A DNA stretch of 64,000 nt, taken from positions 1-64,000 of the IMG/VR virus record IMGVR_UViG_3300037108_000012; one strand, 5' to 3'. The notes under the pieces are model-generated. The model did not search any database, was not told the DNA's origin, and saw only the letters and a program-made list of their open reading frames with translations. Of the stretch, positions 56,662-64,000 are shown in pieces (position 1 is the stretch's first letter; each line of letters opens with the position of its first letter). The stretch is from a virus. Made by a program: the position numbers and the translations under genes.

Positions 56662-58053
56662 ATGGCTGGATCATACACATGGCTTCGACTTTCTGATGCT
56701 ATTTCTCAGTTAGGACAGAGGCTTAATATAACACCATCCGCAACGTCCTTCTGGACGATAGATGAGTTGCAAGTGTACATTTCGACAGCATTACGCCAAT
56801 TCAACTCTTTAACGGGAATGTGGAGACAGGACTTTAATTTTCAATCCACACAGGTCTGGAATTCGTTGGGTTCTATTCTCGGAAGTCCTAGACAAAGAAC
56901 TCTGTTAGATACGTACTGCTACACAGAGATGGAGATGATGCTGTTGGAGCCTCCGACAGGACAAGTTTGGACTGGAACAAACCAATTCCAGATTTCCGAT
57001 CTTTCACAGGCATTACAGAGACGGCGTGATGAGATGATCCAGATAGGTAATCTCAATCAGCAGCTAATTCCAGAAATAGATTTAACTCCCAACGAGATTA
57101 GGACAGAACTTCCCGATAATGTGATAGACGTTGCTCGTGTCCGTTACATTCCGGGAGGCCAATTATCGGGGGGGTACGGTACGGGTGGATACGGACAGGG
57201 AGGTTATGGAGTAGGGAATTTTACGAACGGTCCTAGCCCTGTAACTCTTTATCGAGACGATACAGTAGCTAACGAATTTTTCAATGCACCTCTTTACCAA
57301 CTTTCATCAGGAACTCCACAAACATTTTCTTTGTCGTCAGAGCCTCCGTTATCTTTTCAGGTAGACATTCCCCCCGCACAACCAGGAACATACGAGGCGA
57401 TAGTTTTACAGTCAGGATCACCGTTTAATCCTCCTACTCCTACGCTACTGAACATCCCAGATGATATGGCGTGGGTATTGGAGTATGGCGCATTGGCAGA
57501 CCTTCTAGGACGCGAGAGCGAGGCTACTGATAGGGAGAGGGCCGCATACGCTCAGAAGCGTTACATGGACGGCTTACAGTTGATGCTCAAGACTCCGTGG
57601 ATCGAACTAGGACGAGTAAACGGAGTGGCGGTAAGCTGCGATTCTATAAAAGACACTGATTCGTATGATCCTGAGTGGGACTCAAATCCTACGGGCTTTG
57701 GTCCTGTGATTGTGACGGGAGGAATAGACTTCATAGGCGCTCCCTTGAACGCCAACATCGGTTTAACCTGTCTCGGCAATGCGCCCGTGCCAACTTTTGG
57801 AAAGGATTTTATCCAGATAAGCCGCTCGGATGCAGAAATCATGTTTAATTTAGCACAATCTAGGGCGCTTTTTAAGTGCGGAGGAGCAGAATTTAAGGCT
57901 TCGCTCGATCTAGAGAAGCAAGCAATACAGACATGTGCAGCAGAAAATTCACGTCTAAGAAGCTGTGGAGCTTACTCTGACGTGCTCGTGCAAAGAGGAC
58001 AGGCGCAGGAGCGTTCAATGAACAGGTACAATGTGAAGGGGGATAAGGGATAA
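56662..58053 (+). CDS. Adaptor/tail structural protein
   Basis: FWTIDELQVYI...; IPDDMAWVLEYGALADLL. Confidence 0.65.
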   Translation: MAGSYTWLRLSDAISQLGQRLNITPSATSFWTIDELQVYISTALRQFNSLTGMWRQDFNFQSTQVWNSLGSILGSPRQRTLLDTYCYTEMEMMLLEPPTGQVWTGTNQFQISDLSQALQRRRDEMIQIGNLNQQLIPEIDLTPNEIRTELPDNVIDVARVRYIPGGQLSGGYGTGGYGQGGYGVGNFTNGPSPVTLYRDDTVANEFFNAPLYQLSSGTPQTFSLSSEPPLSFQVDIPPAQPGTYEAIVLQSGSPFNPPTPTLLNIPDDMAWVLEYGALADLLGRESEATDRERAAYAQKRYMDGLQLMLKTPWIELGRVNGVAVSCDSIKDTDSYDPEWDSNPTGFGPVIVTGGIDFIGAPLNANIGLTCLGNAPVPTFGKDFIQISRSDAEIMFNLAQSRALFKCGGAEFKASLDLEKQAIQTCAAENSRLRSCGAYSDVLVQRGQAQERSMNRYNVKGDKG

Positions 58054-58367
58054 TGGGAGCAAAGATACATCAGATGGACGCTAACCACTACGCTTTCAAT
58101 TGTCCCGGCTGCGAGGGCGGACACATGGTACGAGTGTCAGGAGATCACCCTTGTTGGGGATGGAATGGAAGCGTAGAGGCTCCTACGTTCACGCCTTCAA
58201 TCCTAGTCACATATCCTGCGAATCCTAATGCGCTAGATGAATTCAAGGAATGGAGAACAGAGAGAAAATGTCACAGTTTCGTCACTGACGGGAAAATACA
58301 GTTTTTGGGAGATTGTTTTCATAAACTGGCGAATTCGACGGTTGAACTACCAGATTGGGACGAGTGA
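58053..58367 (+). CDS. DUF6527-like protein
   Basis: CPGC...WGWNGS..APTFTPSIL...CHSFVTDGKIQFLGDC. Confidence 0.8.
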   Translation: MGAKIHQMDANHYAFNCPGCEGGHMVRVSGDHPCWGWNGSVEAPTFTPSILVTYPANPNALDEFKEWRTERKCHSFVTDGKIQFLGDCFHKLANSTVELPDWDE

Positions 58368-58391
58368 ATAATGCTTGCATAATCATGCGCT

Positions 58392-59000
58392 TTGTGTGAG
58401 AATAGTGGTATCGGGGGGGATATGGGACAACGAATAGAAGAACTTGCTGCTCTATCTTTAGGCATGGAAGGATTAAGTTATTTGCATTCTCAACACAAAG
58501 ACGCAGGGCCGATCAAAGAATGCTCATGTGAGTATGCAAAAGCGTTTCGAGTAGTATCTGCACTGCGCTGCAAAGATTCATATGAGGAGTTAAAGGCTAA
58601 AATACGCCGTGAGGCAAGGAATCGTTGCTTAGATGAAATTGAGTCACTTGCGAATGGCGAATCAATCGAACATGGAATTGGGCTAGACGTAGAAAGAGTT
58701 TATTCTTTGTCTGTGTTAAAGACAAAACAAACCAATGGTGTGAAAATTAAAGACTTTATAGAATACGAAAAGGAACTCTACGGACACTGTACAAAATGTG
58801 GAGCGGACATTGCTCAGCCAGATATTCCGTATGCGCACAAGTCAGTGGCAGGAAACATTATGCCGGGACACACGGATACGGAAGTTCCAAAAGAGATCAA
58901 GGATTTGCTCTGGCATGACGATGAATATGAGAGTAAAGATAAACAGGTAAACAAAAGATTGATTGAAGCGTTCCGTCGCGGAAAGGACAGCACATTATGA
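58392..59000 (+). CDS. Hypothetical protein
   Basis: 202-aa ORF; start probably at MGQR. Confidence 0.55.
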   Translation: MCENSGIGGDMGQRIEELAALSLGMEGLSYLHSQHKDAGPIKECSCEYAKAFRVVSALRCKDSYEELKAKIRREARNRCLDEIESLANGESIEHGIGLDVERVYSLSVLKTKQTNGVKIKDFIEYEKELYGHCTKCGADIAQPDIPYAHKSVAGNIMPGHTDTEVPKEIKDLLWHDDEYESKDKQVNKRLIEAFRRGKDSTL

Positions 59001-59314
59001 CTCTTCTCTATGTACTAGACTGGATAACGTTTATACTTTTCATTGGCGCATTTGTTCTTGCAATGTATGTAGGATATTGCGTGATGTTTAGGAAGAGGAT
59101 ATGGATACTAGACGTTAAACCGAAGGCGATAATGGGATTCCGTGTAGCTTCTGGAATAAAAATGAGAAGCGATATGGTGGTTATTCCTTGCGACAAATGC
59201 GGAGATGATATGTGGATCACTCCAGAGGGGATGGACGTTAAAGAGAAGTTTTGCTCTGGCTGTGTATATAAAGCCGGTATTAGCATCGAGGAGATATTGA
59301 TTGGACAACTGTAG
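58997..59314 (+). CDS. Membrane-anchored Zn-ribbon protein
   Basis: N-terminal TM, CDKC...CSGC. Confidence 0.55.
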   Translation: MTLLYVLDWITFILFIGAFVLAMYVGYCVMFRKRIWILDVKPKAIMGFRVASGIKMRSDMVVIPCDKCGDDMWITPEGMDVKEKFCSGCVYKAGISIEEILIGQL

Positions 59315-59506
59315 AGTATGTCATAATCCGAGAGAATCCCATCATCAGGACAAAGATGGAGTATGGTGGTGCTGTGATAACATTTCTGTGAGGGCTTCTT
59401 TTAAGATCAAATCCTGCTTGTATCAAAAGTAGGAGATATTGAGTAATTTGTAGTACAATGTTAGTATCCTACCGCAACGGGAGAGGCGTAGGATTTAAGG
59501 TGAACT

Positions 59507-62500
59507 ATGGCTCCCGGACCATTTGACCACAGAGGAATCGATTTAACTTCCGCCTTGAACCGTATCCGTTCAGGGTTTACCTCAGTTTCTGTCAATATAA
59601 GAAATTATACCAAGGGTGGCGTCACCTTCCGTAATCTCCTAACGGGAGCGATGTATACGTTATCAGCAGCAGTACACAGCTTAAAAAGGCTTAATGACAG
59701 CACGCCAAACGCACCCTCTAGCGGTTTCTCAATCATTAACGGTGCGGGAACTGTCCTATCCGCATGGAACTCGACAATAGGAGTAAAGAATGTAGCCACA
59801 GGACAGAGTGGGAATCCTGTTTCGATGGTTCCTTTTCGTCCTAACGCATCTGTCGAAGATTGGATGTACGTTGCAGATTCGGCTTCTCAAGGATCAACAA
59901 CCCTTCATACTCAGTATCTCGGTCTAAATAGTTTTGGACCTTCCGGTACGCCTGTAGATTTCGTTTCCAATGGAATGATGAAAGTTTCCTGTAATGAAGG
60001 ATATACGGGAACTCCTACGCCTACCGCAGTGTGCTGGAAAATGGGAATCAAGGAGCCGCAACTGGCACCTATTGTATCCACTTCTAATTCAACCGTACCT
60101 TTTGGTGGAGGAACAGGAAACCTTCTAGCCACGGCAATTCCATGGACTAACAATCCTACAGGAACAAATTCTAGTTTCAATTATGGAGAAACTGAGGGTC
60201 ATCCACACACTGATCCAACGACACCAAAAGACGGCACAATATGGTACAGCGTAAATGTTCTAAATGCTTCGTATGTAACGATTAGCAGTTTGGTGCCAAA
60301 TGGGACCGTAGTTATAAACGGAACAAGCATAACAACTCAGGCTGAACTTGAGGTTACTTCAACCACACGAGTTAGGGCAGACGTACCAGGGTATCCAGGA
60401 CAATTCCTGCAAACTTTAGGATCGCCAACTCCTCCAAGCGTAGCATCGTATGTGATAGGAGCATTTGTTGATTCATCCGGTGCTGTTATGGATAAGGGAG
60501 TTGCAATCCTTTACGTTCCTAGTGTAGTTGATATTGGAGCAAACATTGGAGTGGAAATTACAGTTCCTTATGGAGCGTCCTCTCTCCAAATTGGTATGAA
60601 TTCATTAGGAAATACATATTCCTCAAACTCTGGTTCTATCGGAGGAGGACAACTTACTATTTCTGGCACTGTCACAACAAACGCTCTTCCATCTGTAACT
60701 TCTATACTAGGAAATCTTACAGCTTATTACTGGGGAGATTCTCCTGCGGCTGCGGGTGCCAATGATGCCTCCTTTTATATATGGAAAAATCCTAGCGATC
60801 CAAGTGGAAGTGGACCAGTAAGAACCACATCTAATGCGGACGGGAGTACGACAGGAAATTCCTTTATATTTGATGCAACGATTGGACCAACTCCAGCAGG
60901 AATGCCTCAACTTCCAGGACTCGGACCTCCAGATAGTCCAGATAGTCAGACAGTCCCGATGATTTGGTATACTCTTAATCCAGAGAGCGTTATTACTGGA
61001 CAAAGCAGTGTATTTGCCGCGCCAATTACAACAACCTACAAGACAAATACGAGTTACAATAACTTCAACTTCTGTCTAACTGGAAACATTTATTTCCCGT
61101 CTGGTGGACCAGGAGTTTACTATACTCTTGTTTTAACCAGTAAGGATGATTGTATTTGGGGTATAGGAGGAGGGGTAAAATTAGTTTCCGGATCAGTGTC
61201 CATATCAGGAAATAATGAGGGAAGCTCAGCATCTATATCTGGATGGGGTCAGACCATCACAGTTGTAGGAGGATACTCGCTTCTTCCACGACAAAACTAT
61301 ACTCATGGGGATGATAATACTTATGCACTAACAACATTGCAAGTAAATCCTCCGGCAGCGGGAATCTATCCAATTGAAATAGATTATGACTATTGGTATC
61401 GCAATGAGCGTATCTTGTTACTGATGGCTTCTCCGACAGCGGGAGCTAGTCCAACTATTATACCTCCTCTTCAAAAAGATATTAGGCAAGATGTACAGTA
61501 CCGTTACTGCTATAGGAGTTCCGCAACAGGAGCGCAATCGAATCCATCTCCTGAGTCTACATCTGAATCTATTCCAGTAAAAGCAAATACAATCACATCT
61601 CTATGGTCGAATGATCCTCAAGTAGATGTGGTGGATTATTATCGGATAGATTCGACAACCTCAGAATTTACCTATGTGGCGACAGGACCGAATGATAATC
61701 TTGGGGGAAATGGATACAACACCGCAATCTCCGATTCATTAACCGACACAGAATTAGGGACTAAGACACTTGATTACGACAATTACGAGCCTTTCCCCTC
61801 TATAGATTTGCCTCAAAAGGGAGTATGCAATGTAATAGGCGGTGTGATTACTTGGGTTTCTGGTGGAGCGATAGGAGGATCAGGTTTAGGATTTAGTCCT
61901 AGATGGTTATCGGGAACGGAGATATTGATTGGTTCTCCTACGTCTTTGGCATACACGTTTATTTCTCGTCCTATAGCATCTTCATTTCAAACTAATTACC
62001 TGTATCCATTGAACTTCATGATTCTTGATCCTTCCAATCACTACCAGTTAGTGACTGTATCAGGAACATCCGGGGTCGTTGATCCAACATTTAACGATGC
62101 GGGTGGTACCACAGTCAGCGGAGGAGTAACTTTTACAGACAAAGGAATTTATATTCCTACGGGGTATGTTACTGAGATTGAGATTTCTGGAGTTCCAGAC
62201 GGATCGAGTGTAGCTTACCAAATACCAGAGCCTATTCTTGCAGCACAGCCGTTGCCGTATTTGTGGGGGCCAACGGACAATGTGAATTACTGCTTTGGTG
62301 TAGGAGACCCGCTAAGACCAGGAACGCTGTATTGGTGCAAAGGATCAAACTTAGACTCGTCTCCTGACACCAATCAGCAGGAAGTATGTGACCCAGGAGA
62401 ACCGCTAGTCAACGGAGCAATTGCTGGTGGTTTAGGTGTTCTATTCTCAATCAAGCGTGGATGGTTGATTATGCCTAACTTCAGTAGTGCTAAGGCTACG

Positions 62501-63364
62501 GCCGAAGGAACTACGGGTTCTACTTGGACATTGCAGGAATCATCTATTCCGAGAGGATTATATATTCCTCGATGCGTCTGTGTTTCTGGGGGAGGTAACA
62601 TATTCTTTCGTGTAGATGACGGTATTCACGTATCGCCTTACGGATCAGCGAGCCAGTCTATCACAGACCAAAATTTGTATCCTTTATTTTCTCACGAGAA
62701 CTCAGATAACACTGGTACTCAACCACAACCAATAACTAGGAACGGAATCACTATCTATCCTCCAGATGATTCACTTCCTAATCTGCAACGGTTTTCTTAT
62801 AATTCCGGTTATATGTACTGGGACTACCAAGGAACGGATGGATACCCCCACACGCTAGTATTTGATGAAAAAGCGGAGGGATGGATTTATGATCTATACA
62901 ACCCTGCTGCGACGATACACGCATCTAATGAAGGACAGAGCAAACAAGGAATATTGGTAGGATGCTCAGATGGAAGTGTCCGTCAATTAACCAGTGTGGG
63001 AACGGAAACCATTACTGGGACAATTGCAACACCGGCATTCGGTGGCAAAGGATATATGCACGTCGGTCAAGCTGTAGTTGAATACTCTTCAACATCTACG
63101 GTAACTCTTAGTTTCTATGTAGCGGACGAAGGAAATAATTCCTATGCTCCTCAGACAATTACGTTACCGAGTACAGGTGGAGTTTTGACAAAGTATTTCT
63201 TCCGTCCTAGCGCGGCTAAGTGGAAGTTGTTGGTTGCACAGTTCTCGTCGAGTGTCAATTTTGTTTTGAACCTTCAGGGGGCGATTTTCTATCTTAGAGT
63301 CTGGGGTTCATCTGGAGTCTATCAGCCAACACCTATATTTGGTGATGCAGGAGGAGAGGGATAA
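59507..63364 (+). CDS. Tail nozzle/tubular-B-like protein with inserted PA14-like domain
   Basis: 1285 aa; propeller-like segments; SKDDC...GIYPIEIDY; QYRYCYRSS..G.QSNPSP. Confidence 0.6.
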   Translation: MAPGPFDHRGIDLTSALNRIRSGFTSVSVNIRNYTKGGVTFRNLLTGAMYTLSAAVHSLKRLNDSTPNAPSSGFSIINGAGTVLSAWNSTIGVKNVATGQSGNPVSMVPFRPNASVEDWMYVADSASQGSTTLHTQYLGLNSFGPSGTPVDFVSNGMMKVSCNEGYTGTPTPTAVCWKMGIKEPQLAPIVSTSNSTVPFGGGTGNLLATAIPWTNNPTGTNSSFNYGETEGHPHTDPTTPKDGTIWYSVNVLNASYVTISSLVPNGTVVINGTSITTQAELEVTSTTRVRADVPGYPGQFLQTLGSPTPPSVASYVIGAFVDSSGAVMDKGVAILYVPSVVDIGANIGVEITVPYGASSLQIGMNSLGNTYSSNSGSIGGGQLTISGTVTTNALPSVTSILGNLTAYYWGDSPAAAGANDASFYIWKNPSDPSGSGPVRTTSNADGSTTGNSFIFDATIGPTPAGMPQLPGLGPPDSPDSQTVPMIWYTLNPESVITGQSSVFAAPITTTYKTNTSYNNFNFCLTGNIYFPSGGPGVYYTLVLTSKDDCIWGIGGGVKLVSGSVSISGNNEGSSASISGWGQTITVVGGYSLLPRQNYTHGDDNTYALTTLQVNPPAAGIYPIEIDYDYWYRNERILLLMASPTAGASPTIIPPLQKDIRQDVQYRYCYRSSATGAQSNPSPESTSESIPVKANTITSLWSNDPQVDVVDYYRIDSTTSEFTYVATGPNDNLGGNGYNTAISDSLTDTELGTKTLDYDNYEPFPSIDLPQKGVCNVIGGVITWVSGGAIGGSGLGFSPRWLSGTEILIGSPTSLAYTFISRPIASSFQTNYLYPLNFMILDPSNHYQLVTVSGTSGVVDPTFNDAGGTTVSGGVTFTDKGIYIPTGYVTEIEISGVPDGSSVAYQIPEPILAAQPLPYLWGPTDNVNYCFGVGDPLRPGTLYWCKGSNLDSSPDTNQQEVCDPGEPLVNGAIAGGLGVLFSIKRGWLIMPNFSSAKATAEGTTGSTWTLQESSIPRGLYIPRCVCVSGGGNIFFRVDDGIHVSPYGSASQSITDQNLYPLFSHENSDNTGTQPQPITRNGITIYPPDDSLPNLQRFSYNSGYMYWDYQGTDGYPHTLVFDEKAEGWIYDLYNPAATIHASNEGQSKQGILVGCSDGSVRQLTSVGTETITGTIATPAFGGKGYMHVGQAVVEYSSTSTVTLSFYVADEGNNSYAPQTITLPSTGGVLTKYFFRPSAAKWKLLVAQFSSSVNFVLNLQGAIFYLRVWGSSGVYQPTPIFGDAGGEG

Positions 63365-63483
63365 TGAAGAACCCAGTCACACCAAGACGATGCACCCGAT
63401 GCGGGACGATAGCACATAATCCTCATCCGAATGGATTATGTACGTCATGCGATAAATGGCAAGCCAAACAGGAGAATAAGTAG

Positions 63484-64000
63484 ATGGCAACTTCAACAAA
63501 CTCTCGTTTTCCGTTTGAAAGCCATATCTCTGATATGGCTCCTCAACATCAGTATGTCATTAAAAATTTGTGGAACGCAATATCTGACGTACAAGAATCG
63601 GTTCCTATACTAAAGTCTCAGATAAACGATAATAAAAGCACTATTTCCACAGTGAGCAAAACTGTGAATAATAATATATCAACAGAGAACGTAACAACTT
63701 CATCATCAACTTCTTCTACAAGTGGATCTGTGAATAAACAAACAGGAGTCACGTCCTATTCGATATTGCCTTCTGATAATAGTTCGTTCCTAGTTTTTAA
63801 TGATGCTTCTCCTGTCGCGCTCACGCTGAATACAGGTCCGTCAATTCAGTTGCCGTACTATTTTTGGATTTATAACGAAAATACTGGTATAGTTACGGCT
63901 ACTCCAATGTCAGGTACGATCTCATTTCCGGGAAGCATTGGTGCATCAGCTATGACTATCCCTCAATTTTTCGGAGCAGTTATATTTTATGATGGTTCAA
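63484..64000 (+). CDS. Tail-associated protein, truncated by window edge
   Basis: Manual translation MATSTNSRFPFESHISDM...VNKQTGVTSYSILPSD..., open to the end of the window. Confidence 0.7.
   Translation, partial: MATSTNSRFPFESHISDMAPQHQYVIKNLWNAISDVQESVPILKSQINDNKSTISTVSKTVNNNISTENVTTSSSTSSTSGSVNKQTGVTSYSILPSDNSSFLVFNDASPVALTLNTGPSIQLPYYFWIYNENTGIVTATPMSGTISFPGSIGASAMTIPQFFGAVIFYDGS

Noticed and set aside
1-64000. Alternative genetic code (stop-codon reassignment)
   Set aside because: Long genes are intact in the standard code and TAA, TAG and TGA all terminate well-defined genes

Overview
The window is part of a tailed dsDNA phage genome, probably podovirus-like: there is no tape measure or sheath gene in view, and no integrase or DNA polymerase. 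An Acidobacteriota-like diderm host is only an inference, from the style of the signal peptides. The left arm (1-13.9 kb, minus strand) is a run of small early genes. It includes three tandem-repeat proteins, an N6-adenine MTase, a ParB-like protein and an AAA-ATPase/DUF3150-like/DUF2201-VWA trio, and its gene junctions carry several recurring DNA motifs. A ~1 kb non-coding region marks the strand switch. The plus-strand arm encodes regulators, a Dam MTase, a large terminase with two inteins, portal, scaffold, major capsid, decoration/adaptor proteins, fibre-like proteins, a lysis region and a nozzle-like protein, with several homing endonucleases among them. The most unusual signals are: (1) a promoter + RHH gene + solitary type I-C CRISPR repeat + structured RNA unit upstream of the holin; (2) tail-fibre/spike-like proteins carrying Sec signal peptides; (3) an MTase frameshifted at a G7 tract; (4) stop-codon-anchored motifs punctuating the early arm; (5) a family of tiny basic proteins sharing KRVAGK; (6) a tRNA-like element with an anticodon-loop insertion. 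All family assignments come from motif recognition by eye, not from database searches.
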